Shown here: in pieces, positions 25,331 to 35,915 of the stretch
Layout of the letters: each line of letters starts with the position of its first letter
Numbering within the stretch: position 1 is the first letter of the stretch
Source of the DNA: Clostridiales bacterium
Lineage (GTDB): Bacteria; Bacillota; Clostridia; Oscillospirales; CAG-272
Length of the DNA: 64,000 nucleotides
Direction: 5' to 3'
Assembly (NCBI GenBank): GCA_003522145.1
Contig: DPGD01000042.1
Coordinates: forward strand, 4,945-68,944
Notes under the pieces: generated by a model
The model's input: only the letters and a program-made list of their open reading frames with translations
Databases searched by the model: none
Told to the model about the DNA's origin: nothing
Program-made: the position numbers and the translations under genes

Positions 25331-26191
25331 CTACAACAGCATCAGCAATGTGCCGGCTACGATCAGAATCAGTCCCAGCAGGGCTTTTTTGGAAAGCTTT
25401 TCCTTGAAGACCGCATAGGAGAAGCCCACCGTGACCAGAATGCTCAATTTGTCAATGGGAACGACCACACTGGCCAGCCCGTCCTTCAGAGCTTTGTAGT
25501 AGCAGAGCCAGGAGGCGCCTGTAGCGATTCCGGAAAGACAGATAAACAGCAGTTCTTTTTTGGGAACCTCCCGCAGTTTCTCTCCCTTTCCGGTGACAAA
25601 AACCATAAAGAAAGAAAGGAGAAGCACCACAGCCGTGCGGATCATGGTACCCAGATTGGATTCCACCCCTTCAATGCCGAGCTTTCCGAGAATGGAGGTC
25701 GCAGCGGCGAAGACCGCAGAGAGGAGGGCATAGAGAAGCCACATCCGGCGCTCTTTTTTTTCGCCTGAAACCTCTTTTTTCTCGATCATCAGAAAAGTAC
25801 CTGCGGCAATGAGCAGGACGCAGACGCCTTTGAGGGGAGAGATCGGCTCCCCGAAGACGAGAAAGGCCAGAAGAATGGTCAATACGGTGCTGGATTTATC
25901 CACAGGTACCACTTTGTTGACATTGCCCAACTGCAACGCCCGGAAGTAGCAGAGCCAGGAGGCTCCGGTGGCCAAGCCCGAAAGAATCAGAAAGATCCAG
26001 GTTTTGGCGGAAATGCTTCCGATTCCGTCAAGGGAGCCGACGATCAGCACCATGAAGAAGGACATGAGAAGAACAACGATCGTGCGCAGAGCCGTGGCCA
26101 CTGTGGAATCGGTTTTCCGGATGCCGCATTTGGCAAGAATAGAGGTGACACCGGCAAAAAGAGCGGATAAAAGTGCGAAAAGCACCCACAT
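25331..26191 (-). CDS. EamA/DMT-superfamily transporter
   Basis: About 10 TM segments with two EamA halves (MWVLFALLSALFAGVTSILAK.. and LLYALLSAVFAAATSILGK..). The Met at 26191 follows GAAGGGAA. Confidence 0.85.
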   Translation of the reverse strand: MWVLFALLSALFAGVTSILAKCGIRKTDSTVATALRTIVVLLMSFFMVLIVGSLDGIGSISAKTWIFLILSGLATGASWLCYFRALQLGNVNKVVPVDKSSTVLTILLAFLVFGEPISPLKGVCVLLIAAGTFLMIEKKEVSGEKKERRMWLLYALLSAVFAAATSILGKLGIEGVESNLGTMIRTAVVLLLSFFMVFVTGKGEKLREVPKKELLFICLSGIATGASWLCYYKALKDGLASVVVPIDKLSILVTVGFSYAVFKEKLSKKALLGLILIVAGTLLMLL

Positions 26192-26538
26192 GATAATTCC
26201 CTTCTTTCGACATTCAAGGAGCAGAGTGGGTTTCCCTCTGCTTTCTTCTTGTTCTACCGGAACATATTTTAGCAGAAAAAAGACGCTTGTCAAGCCCAAA
26301 AAGAAAATTCTGTCAAGGAGCAGGGAGCTTGCGGGGGAGAGGAGCAGAAAGGACGGGAACGCTGTGCTTAGAGCAGACAGGGGGCACCGGGCATTGGTTT
26401 TTTCTTGACAAAAAGTACAGATTCCGGTATAATAGATATAATATTGGTGTAGAAAATTCTCTAACGGACATACGGAAGAGAAGGATGAGAAAAAAGCGTT
26501 CGGCGTTTTGACGCCTTGGGCGGCAGGGAGTTTTGGAA

Positions 26539-28548
26539 ATGGCAGAAAAGAAGGAACAGACAAAAAAAGAGGAATACGGCAATCAAAGCATTACCCAGTT
26601 AAAGGGAGCGGATCGGGTGCGGAAGCGCCCGGCGGTGATATTCGGCTCCGACGGGTTGGAAGGGTGCGCCCATGCGGTCTTTGAGATTGTTTCCAACTCT
26701 GTGGACGAAGCGAAAGAGGGCTATGGAAATGTAATCAGGGTTACCCGTTTTGCCGACCGTTCCATAGAGGTGGAGGATGACGGCAGAGGCATTCCCATGG
26801 GCTATAACGAAAAGGAAAAGCGCTACAACTGGGACCTGATTTTCTGCGAGCTCTATGCCGGAGGAAAGTATGAAAACAACAAGGAAGGCTCAAACTACGG
26901 CTTTTCTCTGGGTCTGAACGGCCTGGGCGCCTGTGCAACCCAGTGCGCTTCGGAATATATGGATGTGCGCTCCTACAGCGGCGGTATACTTTCGGAAATG
27001 CACTTCAAAAAGGGAATGCCTTCGGGAAAGCTGAAGGAAACGCCTTTGACGCCCAAAGAGAAAAAGCATGGGACGGTTATTCGCTGGTTGCCGGACTTGG
27101 AGGTCTTCACCGACACCGATATTCCGAAGGAATACTATGAAGAGATGCTGAAAAGGCAGGCAGTGGTTAACAGCGGTGTCCGGTTCCTTCTGCGCAACGA
27201 GACCGAAAAGGGAAGGTTTGAAGAGGAAGAATTTTACTATGAAAACGGGATCGCCGACCGGGTGGCGGAGTTGGCCTTGGGCGCATCGCTGACAGAACCG
27301 GTGTTCTTTAAGACCGAAACAGCGGGAAGGGACCGGGCGGATTTAGAGGACTACAAGCTGAAGATGGAAATGTCCTTCTGCGTTTCCAACAGGGAGCACG
27401 CCATAGAATACTACCACAACTCCAGCTATCTGGAGCATGGCGGTTCTCCCGAAAAGGCCACGAAAAGCGCCTTTGTTTCGGCCATTGACAAATACCTGAG
27501 GAATTCGGGAAAATACCGGAAAAATGAAAGCAAGATCACCTTTGCGGATGTTTCCGACTGTCTTATACTGGTGGTGAACAGCTTTTCCACCAAGACCTCC
27601 TATGAGAACCAGACCAAAAAGGCGATCAACAACGCCTTTATTGCCGATGCCATGACCGAATGGTTCAAAAAGACTTTGGAAATCTACTTCATTGAGCGGC
27701 CTCTGGAGGCGGAGAAGATCGGAAATCAGGTGCTCATCAACAAAAGGAGCAGGGAGAGCGCCGAAAGCACCCGGCTGGATATCCGGAAAAAACTCAGCGG
27801 CAACATGATGGATGTGGCGAACCGTGTGGACAAGTTTGTGGGATGCCGGAGCAAGGACGAAACCAAGCGGGAGGTCTATATTGTGGAGGGAGATTCGGCA
27901 ATGTCCTCCTGTAAAATGGCACGGAACGCCGAATTTCAGGCGGTGTTTCCGGTCAGGGGAAAAACCCTGAACTGTATGAAATCCACCTATGATAAAATAT
28001 TCAAAAGCGAAGTGGTGGTGAATCTGCTGAAGGTCATCGGCTGCGGCGTGGAGCTTTCCGGAAAGGTGAAAGGGGATCTGGCACCCTTTGACCGATCTGC
28101 GCTCAAGTGGAACCGGATCATCATCTGTACCGATGCCGACGAGGACGGCTTTCAGATCCGCACCCTGCTTCTGACGGTGTTCTACAGGCTGTTGCCCTCT
28201 CTTATTGAGATGGGACGGGTGTACATTGCCGAAACGCCTCTTTATGAAATCACGGTGGGCGAGGAAACCTACTTTGCCTATGACGAAAAGGAAAAGGCCG
28301 AGCAGCTGCGGAAGATCGGGAATAAGAAGTATTCTCTGCAGCGCTCCAAGGGCTTGGGAGAGAACACGCCCGAAATGATGTCCAAGACCACCATGAACCC
28401 GGCTACACGCCGACTGATCCGGGTATCCCCTGCGGATGCCCAAAAAACAGCGGAAATCTTCGAGATCCTTCTGGGAGACGATCTGGAGGGCAGAAAGCAG
28501 TTCATTGCCGAGAACGGTTTTCGCTATGCCGGAGAAGCGGATGTGTGA
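26539..28548 (+). CDS. Type IIA DNA topoisomerase subunit B (GyrB/ParE family)
   Basis: GHKL ATPase motifs (FEIVSNSVDEA, DDGRGIP), Toprim YIVEGDSAMSS and ICTDADEDGFQIRTL. No A-subunit gene is adjacent. Confidence 0.88.
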   Translation: MAEKKEQTKKEEYGNQSITQLKGADRVRKRPAVIFGSDGLEGCAHAVFEIVSNSVDEAKEGYGNVIRVTRFADRSIEVEDDGRGIPMGYNEKEKRYNWDLIFCELYAGGKYENNKEGSNYGFSLGLNGLGACATQCASEYMDVRSYSGGILSEMHFKKGMPSGKLKETPLTPKEKKHGTVIRWLPDLEVFTDTDIPKEYYEEMLKRQAVVNSGVRFLLRNETEKGRFEEEEFYYENGIADRVAELALGASLTEPVFFKTETAGRDRADLEDYKLKMEMSFCVSNREHAIEYYHNSSYLEHGGSPEKATKSAFVSAIDKYLRNSGKYRKNESKITFADVSDCLILVVNSFSTKTSYENQTKKAINNAFIADAMTEWFKKTLEIYFIERPLEAEKIGNQVLINKRSRESAESTRLDIRKKLSGNMMDVANRVDKFVGCRSKDETKREVYIVEGDSAMSSCKMARNAEFQAVFPVRGKTLNCMKSTYDKIFKSEVVVNLLKVIGCGVELSGKVKGDLAPFDRSALKWNRIIICTDADEDGFQIRTLLLTVFYRLLPSLIEMGRVYIAETPLYEITVGEETYFAYDEKEKAEQLRKIGNKKYSLQRSKGLGENTPEMMSKTTMNPATRRLIRVSPADAQKTAEIFEILLGDDLEGRKQFIAENGFRYAGEADV

Positions 28549-28721
28549 AAGGGCAAAAGACTGTGGATATAGGGACTAAGGATATAGGGGATAGGACATA
28601 AGGGCATAAGAATATAAGAACAAACAAGGAAGAAAAGACGCTCTGCGCACCGGCACTTGCAAACCGGCAGACGGGTTGCATTTGGAAGGGCTAAGCAGAA
28701 GGGGAAGAAAGGAAAAACGGT

Positions 28722-31700
28722 ATGCTTCGGTTCATCTATGGGTGTCCCGGCAGTGGAAAAAGCACCTTTTTGACAAATGAGATTACCGAAAATCTGCGCA
28801 GGGGCAAGAAGGCAATCCTTCTGGTGCCGGAGCGTTTTGCCGTTTCCTCAGAACAGCGGGTGACCGCAGTGGGGGGAGAACGGAACCGCATGAATCTGGA
28901 GGTTCTTTCTTTCAAGCGGCTCTGCAACCGGGTGTTCCGGGAATATGGCGGCTTATGCTATAACTATGCCGGTAAAGGGGGCAAAACCCTGATTTTGTGG
29001 CAGGCGTTTTCGGAGGTGCAAAAGGACCTGTCGGTTTACGGAAGACTCCAACTGCAGGACAGCGGCACCGTGGATGCGTTGTTGGAGGAAATCCTCACCT
29101 TCAAACGGGCGGCGATTTCGCCGGAACTGCTGGAAAAAGCGGCCGAACAATGCGAAAGCCGTACCCAACTGGGCAAAAAAACCGGAGATTTGGCCAAGAT
29201 CTACCGGGCATACAACGAGCTTTTGTTGCAGAAATACGATGATCCGGAGGAGGATTTAGAGCGGCTGTATGCCGTTTTGCAAACCCATCGGTTTTTTGAG
29301 GATCGGCTGGTGTATGTGGATTCCACAGCGGCCTTCAGCGGACAGGAACTGAAAATTCTCGAATGCGCACTTGCCCAAAGTCCGCTGGTCAGCGTGGCAT
29401 TGGGCTTTTTGCCGGAAGATGACCGGATGATCTTCGGAAAACTGAGATGGTGCAGAGACGCCCTGCGCCAAGCCGCCCAAAGGGTGGGAACCGAGGAGGG
29501 AAAGCCGGTGATCCTTCAAACGCCCTACGGCAAAAACGAGGAACTGTGTTTGTTGGAGCAGGCGCTGTTCCGGGAGGAACCGACCGTCTATCAGGGTGGG
29601 GAAGTGGCCATTCACCTTTCAAGGTGCAGAGGAATTTACGAGGAATGCAAAATGACAGCCGCAAGAATTCTGAGGACGGTGCAGAAAGGCGGCCGGTTTT
29701 CCGATCAGGGCGTGGTCATGCGCAATCCGGAGGAATACAAAGGAATCCTGGATCGGGTTTTTGAAGCCAACGGCATTCCCTATGTGTTTACCACGCCGGT
29801 GCGGTTGTCTGAAAGAGGAGCCTTCCGGGCGGTGCTGTATGCTTTCAGGCTGTTGGTGTTCTCCTTTCGGCAGGAGGATCTGCTTTCCTATCTGAGAACC
29901 GGTTACTGCGGATTGAGCGATGAGGAAGGCTTTTTCTTGGAGGACTATATCAACCTCTGGCAGATCGAAGGAAAAAAGCGGTGGTTCGGCGGGGATTTTG
30001 CCATGAATCCGGAGGGACACACGGCAGAGCGAAAGGACGATACCGCCGAAAAACTGAAGCGCATCAATGATTGCAAGGAAAGGCTGATCCTGCCCCTGCG
30101 GCAGTTGGATGAGGACTTGGGTGCCTGCAAAACGGTGAAGGAAGGTGCTGTGGCTCTTTACGACTATTTTGTGGGAATGAAGCTGGAAGAGCAGTTGAAC
30201 CGGGAGGCTCGCGAAGCCCTTTCGGAAGGAGACGGACGGGAAGCCCAGTGGCTTTCCCAAACCTACAGAGAGCTTTGCGCCCTGTTGGACGAACTGGTTT
30301 ATACGGCAGGAGACCGGGCCTGCAGTGGGGCGGAATTGCTTCTGATGATTCAGATTCTTGCCGAAAAGCGTACCTTTGGCAGTATTCCCGAGGGGAAAGA
30401 CCGGGTGCTCATTTCCGATACCTTCAATCTGAAGCCCAGCGGGGTGAGCACGCTGTATCTGTTGGGCGTGAAGGAGGGGAGCTTTCCGGCGTACAGCCGG
30501 GTGTCCGGAATTTTTACCGGAGAGGAAAGGCGCTTTTTGCGCAGTCTGAATGTGGAGCTTCCCGGGGACGAGGACCGGGCGGTGTATGATGAGGAATACC
30601 AGTGCTATGCGGCTTTGACTTTGCCGAAGGACGAGCTGTATGTCACATTCCCTCAGAAGGATCTGCGGGGAAATGTCTATAAGCCCTCTGAAATTTTTGA
30701 GATGTTGGAGCGCTTCGGCGGGAAGGAGGACCAAGAGGAGGACCTTCTTTACGGCAGGGCCATTTGCTTTGAGGAAGCGCTGAAAAGCGGAAGCGGTGAA
30801 AGAATCGGGGCGTTGCAGAAGATCTTTGAAGAGGAAGAATCGGGAATTTCCGCTCTCTGCCAAAAAGCACCCTTAGTCAATGAAAAGCAGACCCTTTCTT
30901 TGCAGACGGTAGAAGAGGTCTATCCCGTTCCCGAATTGGGAACCAGCCAGACAAAGCTGGAGAACTTTGTGAACTGCCCCTTTTCCTATACCTGCCGGAA
31001 TATTCTCGGCCTGCAGGAGAAAAAGGGCGGAGCCGTAGAGGTCAACGAGATCGGTACGGTATTTCACAGCGTTTTGGAGGGGGTCGTAAAAGAGAGCCTT
31101 GAAAAAGGGGAGCGCTTCGGAAGCACCGCCGATGAAGAATTGCGCTGTCGGGTGAGTCGGATCATCGAACAACTGAAAACCCAGATACTTGGCGAAGAAG
31201 AGAATGTCTTTTTGGAACAGCTTTTTTCCAGAGTGCGGGAAAGCGCCTGTATTCTGGCCATGAATCTGCGGGACGAATTGGAACAAAGCCGATTTGAGCC
31301 GAAATTCTGCGAGCTGAAATTCGGCTTAACCGGTGAAGAAAAGGAGTTTACTCTGCCGGCCGTGGTCACAAAAGGAGAAAACCGGGTGAGGATCCGGGGA
31401 TGTGCCGACCGTGTAGACGCCTGCAGGATCGGCGGCAAGGTGTATCTGCGGGTGGTGGACTATAAAACCGGCAGCAAGCTCTTCAGAGAAGAGGACCTGA
31501 AGGATGGGCACAATCTGCAGATGTTTCTGTATATGAAGGCTCTGTGTGCCTGCCGGGAAGAGAATTTCCTGAAAGGAATAGGGGCAGAGAAGGGCGAACA
31601 GACCCAATCGGCAGGCGTAGTCTACCAGATCGTTTCCGAGCCTTCCGTAAAGGCGGAAAAATGGCTGGGCGCCGCTGAAGCGCAGGAGAAGCTCCGGACG

Positions 31701-32003
31701 GGCATAAAGCGCAGCGGACTGCTCATCGACGACAAGAAGGTGCTGGAGGCGATGTATCGGGGCGGAAGCAGCGTTTTTTCGCCTCGAAAGGCAAGCTCCC
31801 AAAGGCTTCCCACGGTGCCCGCCGAACAGTTTGAAGAGGATTTGAAGGCGGTGGATGAAACGCTTTCGGAGATTGCCGGAAGAATGCGGAGCGGGCAGGC
31901 GGATGCCACGCCCGGAAAGGGAAAAGGCAGCTGTACCTATTGTCCCATGCTCCCGGTCTGCCGCAACCGGAAGAAGGAAAGCGGGGAGGAAGAAGAGGAA
32001 TGA
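28722..32003 (+). CDS. addB: Helicase-nuclease AddAB, subunit B
   Basis: MLRFIYGCPGSGKSTFL Walker A. C-terminal nuclease/Fe-S region with VVDYKTG and CTYCPMLPVC. Directly precedes addA. Confidence 0.9.
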   Translation: MLRFIYGCPGSGKSTFLTNEITENLRRGKKAILLVPERFAVSSEQRVTAVGGERNRMNLEVLSFKRLCNRVFREYGGLCYNYAGKGGKTLILWQAFSEVQKDLSVYGRLQLQDSGTVDALLEEILTFKRAAISPELLEKAAEQCESRTQLGKKTGDLAKIYRAYNELLLQKYDDPEEDLERLYAVLQTHRFFEDRLVYVDSTAAFSGQELKILECALAQSPLVSVALGFLPEDDRMIFGKLRWCRDALRQAAQRVGTEEGKPVILQTPYGKNEELCLLEQALFREEPTVYQGGEVAIHLSRCRGIYEECKMTAARILRTVQKGGRFSDQGVVMRNPEEYKGILDRVFEANGIPYVFTTPVRLSERGAFRAVLYAFRLLVFSFRQEDLLSYLRTGYCGLSDEEGFFLEDYINLWQIEGKKRWFGGDFAMNPEGHTAERKDDTAEKLKRINDCKERLILPLRQLDEDLGACKTVKEGAVALYDYFVGMKLEEQLNREAREALSEGDGREAQWLSQTYRELCALLDELVYTAGDRACSGAELLLMIQILAEKRTFGSIPEGKDRVLISDTFNLKPSGVSTLYLLGVKEGSFPAYSRVSGIFTGEERRFLRSLNVELPGDEDRAVYDEEYQCYAALTLPKDELYVTFPQKDLRGNVYKPSEIFEMLERFGGKEDQEEDLLYGRAICFEEALKSGSGERIGALQKIFEEEESGISALCQKAPLVNEKQTLSLQTVEEVYPVPELGTSQTKLENFVNCPFSYTCRNILGLQEKKGGAVEVNEIGTVFHSVLEGVVKESLEKGERFGSTADEELRCRVSRIIEQLKTQILGEEENVFLEQLFSRVRESACILAMNLRDELEQSRFEPKFCELKFGLTGEEKEFTLPAVVTKGENRVRIRGCADRVDACRIGGKVYLRVVDYKTGSKLFREEDLKDGHNLQMFLYMKALCACREENFLKGIGAEKGEQTQSAGVVYQIVSEPSVKAEKWLGAAEAQEKLRTGIKRSGLLIDDKKVLEAMYRGGSSVFSPRKASSQRLPTVPAEQFEEDLKAVDETLSEIAGRMRSGQADATPGKGKGSCTYCPMLPVCRNRKKESGEEEEE

Positions 32004-32018
32004 AGGGAGAAATGCACT

Positions 32019-35000
32019 GTGGCGGTATTCAGAGATAATCCGGGACAGAAGCTGGCCATCGGGACCGACGGGGCGGAATTGCTGATCTCGGCCTCTGCCG
32101 GCACCGGAAAAACAAGCACCCTTTGCCGTCGGATTTTGAAAAAAGTGACCGAGGGGGAGGCCCCCTCCTCCTTAGATCGGCTTTTGGTGGTGACCTTCAC
32201 CAATGCTTCCGCCGCCGATATGCGCAGAAAACTGGGCGAAACACTGAGGGAGGCGCTGGGCAAAGCGGAAAACGGGGAGAAAAAACGGCGTATCAAGGAG
32301 CAGTTGAAGCTCCTGCCGCTGTGCCGTATCGGAACGATCGACAGCTACTGCTACGAGTTGGTACGGGAGCATTTTGACCTGTTGAACCTTTCGCCCAAAA
32401 TCCGGATCGCAGACGATGTGGAGCTGTACAAAACCAAAATCTCCTGTATGCGGCGGGCCATGGAAAAAATGTACCGGGAGAACGCCCTCTTTCCCGAGAC
32501 GGCGGGCAGTTTTCTTTCTTCCTACAGCGACAAGGATCTGTGCGCCGTGCTGGTGGCGCTGTATGAAAAGATCGAGAACACCTCCAAAGGGCTGGAAGCT
32601 CTGTTCGAACAGGCGGCCGACTATGAACAGGCGGCGTCTTTGCCCTTTGAAGAGGGAAAATTCGGTCGGTATTTCCTGCAAAGAAACAGGCTGGTGCTTT
32701 CGTATTTTCTCGAAGAATACACGGCTTTTGAACGGGAACTGGACGGAAGAAGCCCGGAGGAAAAGGGTGTCAAAAAGTGTACCGAGATTTGTCGGGCGGA
32801 AAAAGAAGCGGTGAAAGAGCTCTTGGAGCATCTGAGGGTGCCTTCCTATATGCAGGAGGTTCTTGACCGGACGGAATTTGCAAAGCTGGTCAGCATGGGG
32901 GAGGATCCGGCGTATATCCGTTTCAAGGAGGCGCGGGATCTTTTCAAGGACTACATGAAGTCCTATAAAAATGCGCTTTTGGACTTCAATTTTAGAGATC
33001 GGCAAAGGATTCTCGAAGCCGAGGGACAAATGCACCGATGCCTGAAGGAGCTCTTGGAAATCTACCGTAAGGACCTTTGGGAAAAGAAAAGAGCGGCAGG
33101 AGTTCTGGAGTTTTCGGACATTGAAAGACTTTCCAAAGAACTGCTTCTTCAGGGAGAAGAAAAAACACCGCTGGCGCAGGAGCTGGGGGCATCCTTTGAC
33201 GAGGTGTACATCGACGAATACCAGGATGTGAACCAACTGCAAAACGATATTTTCAAAGCACTTTCAAAGAACAACCGGTTTGTGGTGGGCGATGTGAAGC
33301 AGTCGATCTATGGCTTCCGGGGTGCCTGCCCCGAAATTTTCAGCGAATTGCGGGAAAGCTATCCTCCGGCGGAGGAGGGAAAAGAGCGGGGACGGATCTT
33401 TTTTGATCTGAACTACCGTTGCCAGAAAAAGCTCATTGCCTTCATCAATGAAGTCTGCGGGAAGCTGTTGTCCTTCTGCAGCGATATGCACTACCATGAG
33501 CAGGACAATCTGCGTTCCGAAAAGGACGAAGAGGAGGAAAGCGGGTCGCTGCTGCCCCAGATTTGTCTGGTGACCGGCCAGGAGGAGTTTGCCAAGGGAA
33601 AACATGCGGAGGCGATGTATACCGCCAAGAGCATTGCCGCACTGCTGAAGCAGGGAACGAAAGGCGAGGATATTGCTCTGCTTTTGCGCAACATGACCGG
33701 CGCTCCTTCGTTGACGGCGGCCTTGGATCAAATGGGCGTTCCCTACAGTATCAACTGCCGGAAAGGCTTTTTTGAATGCCCGGAGGTGTTGCTTCTGCGG
33801 TGCTTGCTGGAGTCGATTCACAACCCGACCAAGGATATTTATCTGGCAGGCGCACTGAAAAGTCCGGTGTTCGGATTCACCCTGGACGATCTGTACAGGG
33901 TGAAAAAGGGAAGGGAAAAAAAGAGCCTTTACGGGGCCTTGCAGGACTATGCAGAGAAGACAGGCGAAGAAAAAGCCGCCAAAGCTCTGCGGTTCCTTTC
34001 CGGGATGCGCAAAATGGCCAAGGAAGCCCCGGTCGATAAATTGGTTTACACGGTTTTGGGCGACTGTATGCTCCTTCCTCTGCTTTCCAAGGGACAGAGC
34101 GCCGGAAGAGCCACGGAAATTCAGGACAATCTGCTGTATTTTTACGATCTGGTACGGATCTATTCTATGGACGGCAAAGTGGACCTCGGAAGGGTGCTCA
34201 GCCGGATCTCCGACATGGCCGAACGGAATGTGGCAAGCGACGGAAAGTCCGGAGAACCGGAAAAGGGAAAGGTGCAGATCATGACCGTGCATGCAAGCAA
34301 GGGTCTGGAATTTCCGGTTTGTTGGCTGTACGGCTGCGGAAAGAGCTTAGGCGGCGGACACCTGCAGGGCAAGAAGTATTCCTCCGTTTACGGGCAGGAA
34401 TTCCGGGTAAAAAATCCGGACTATCCGGGCATATACGATCGTTCGGAGGCTGACGCCGTGATTTGCGCCGTCGAAAAAGAGAAGGCCTTCAACGAGGAGG
34501 CCCGGTTGCTGTATGTGGCGCTGACCAGAGCCAGAAGCAAGCTCTTTGTCAGTGCTCAGGTGAGCAGGAGTAAGCTGGCGCAGTTGGAGAGCTATCGGGA
34601 AAACGGAGTTCACCACCGCTATCCTTTGGAGCAGAATTTTTCGGTGATTTCGATGATTCTCGGCGCTGTCGGAGGGAAGACGGGACTGTATGAGCTGTAT
34701 ATCGACCAACTTCCGGCAGGCTTGGAGGAAGCGGAGCCTGAAATTTTCCAAGAGGAACAGGCGGAAATTCTGCCGGACCCAAGGCTTGAAAAAGAAATGC
34801 GGGATCGCCTTTCCTATGTATATCCCTATAAGGCCTCAACGGAATTGCCGGCAAAAAAGGCAGTTTCCCTCTTAACGCCTACGGTTCTGGACGACGGGGG
34901 GGAGGCTTTGGATGTGTTGGCTGAGTGGCAGGAGCCTACGGTCGGCGAACAGATCAAGCCGGCGTTTATCCTGGAGGCGGAGAGAGGTCAGAAGCGCCCC

Positions 35001-35558
35001 ACGCCCGCCGAGCGGGGAACGGCGACCCATGCCTTCCTTCAATTCTGTGATTTTGAATATTTGGAGAAGGAAGGGTTCGAGCAGGAACGGAAACGGTTGG
35101 TGGAGCGGGCCTTTTTGAGCGCCCCGGTGGCGGATATGGTGGAGCGTGAGCCGGTGGAAGCCTTCATGAAAAGCGAGCTTTATAAAAGAATGCGCCGGTC
35201 TGCCGAGTCTTACAGGGAACAGCGGTTTCTCATTGCTCTTCCGGCTGTCGAATTTACGGAAGAGGAGGAAAAAAGAAAGGTCCTTGCGAACGAAGAGCTT
35301 CTTGTGCAGGGTGTGATCGATTGTTTCTTCCTGGAAAAAGACGGAAAAGCGGTGCTTTTCGACTATAAGACCGACCATTTTTCAAAGGAGGAGCTGAAAG
35401 ACCCGCAGGCCTGCGGGGAAATACTGGCGGAACGGCACCGGAAACAACTGTTTTACTATCGGGAAGCGGTGATGAAAATGCTGGCCCGTCCGGTGGACGA
35501 ATGCTACCTGTATTCCTTTGCCCTGAGGCAGGCGGTTCCGGTGTCTTTTGAGGACTGA
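32019..35558 (+). CDS. addA: ATP-dependent helicase/nuclease AddAB, subunit A
   Basis: UvrD-type motifs SASAGTGKTS, IDEYQDVN and TVHASKGLEFP. C-terminal RecB nuclease GVIDCFF...LFDYKTD. GTG start 9 nt after AAGGGAG. Confidence 0.92.
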   Translation: MAVFRDNPGQKLAIGTDGAELLISASAGTGKTSTLCRRILKKVTEGEAPSSLDRLLVVTFTNASAADMRRKLGETLREALGKAENGEKKRRIKEQLKLLPLCRIGTIDSYCYELVREHFDLLNLSPKIRIADDVELYKTKISCMRRAMEKMYRENALFPETAGSFLSSYSDKDLCAVLVALYEKIENTSKGLEALFEQAADYEQAASLPFEEGKFGRYFLQRNRLVLSYFLEEYTAFERELDGRSPEEKGVKKCTEICRAEKEAVKELLEHLRVPSYMQEVLDRTEFAKLVSMGEDPAYIRFKEARDLFKDYMKSYKNALLDFNFRDRQRILEAEGQMHRCLKELLEIYRKDLWEKKRAAGVLEFSDIERLSKELLLQGEEKTPLAQELGASFDEVYIDEYQDVNQLQNDIFKALSKNNRFVVGDVKQSIYGFRGACPEIFSELRESYPPAEEGKERGRIFFDLNYRCQKKLIAFINEVCGKLLSFCSDMHYHEQDNLRSEKDEEEESGSLLPQICLVTGQEEFAKGKHAEAMYTAKSIAALLKQGTKGEDIALLLRNMTGAPSLTAALDQMGVPYSINCRKGFFECPEVLLLRCLLESIHNPTKDIYLAGALKSPVFGFTLDDLYRVKKGREKKSLYGALQDYAEKTGEEKAAKALRFLSGMRKMAKEAPVDKLVYTVLGDCMLLPLLSKGQSAGRATEIQDNLLYFYDLVRIYSMDGKVDLGRVLSRISDMAERNVASDGKSGEPEKGKVQIMTVHASKGLEFPVCWLYGCGKSLGGGHLQGKKYSSVYGQEFRVKNPDYPGIYDRSEADAVICAVEKEKAFNEEARLLYVALTRARSKLFVSAQVSRSKLAQLESYRENGVHHRYPLEQNFSVISMILGAVGGKTGLYELYIDQLPAGLEEAEPEIFQEEQAEILPDPRLEKEMRDRLSYVYPYKASTELPAKKAVSLLTPTVLDDGGEALDVLAEWQEPTVGEQIKPAFILEAERGQKRPTPAERGTATHAFLQFCDFEYLEKEGFEQERKRLVERAFLSAPVADMVEREPVEAFMKSELYKRMRRSAESYREQRFLIALPAVEFTEEEEKRKVLANEELLVQGVIDCFFLEKDGKAVLFDYKTDHFSKEELKDPQACGEILAERHRKQLFYYREAVMKMLARPVDECYLYSFALRQAVPVSFED

Positions 35559-35915
35559 GGTTTTCAAATAAGCATTTGGCGGGGAGGAGTCTACAATTCG
35601 GAAAATTGATTTTGCCGGACAGGATTTGCAGGCGGAAGGGCGTTTCTGCATACCGTTTGATTTCTGTTTCTCTCTTGGAGAGACACAAAGCAGGTGGACA
35701 ATGTGCTGTCTTGAAAGGACACAGAGTCATTTTGAAAAAGCAAAAAGAGACCGGTGCAAGGGCGACCACTATATAAGACAGTAATTTGAAAACAACAACT
35801 GAATGCATCCAATAGATGTGACAGAGGCAGGGATATTTCACCCTGCCTCTGTGCTATTGAAAACCGGCCTGCAAATTGATTGAATAGAATCATTTTGTCC
35901 TAAAAAGCGGAAAAT

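Noticed and set aside
28563-28571. DnaA-box-like 9-mer (TGTGGATAT, complement ATATCCACA, 8/9 to TTATCCACA)
   Set aside because: It is a single isolated box with no cluster or AT-rich unwinding element, so it is not an origin signature.
35624-35876. 10-bp inverted repeat (ATTTGCAGGC / GCCTGCAAAT) flanking about 230 bp downstream of addA, considered as MITE or att-like ends
   Set aside because: A 10-mer inverted match within a few hundred bp is expected by chance several times in 64 kb. The match does not extend and there are no target duplications.
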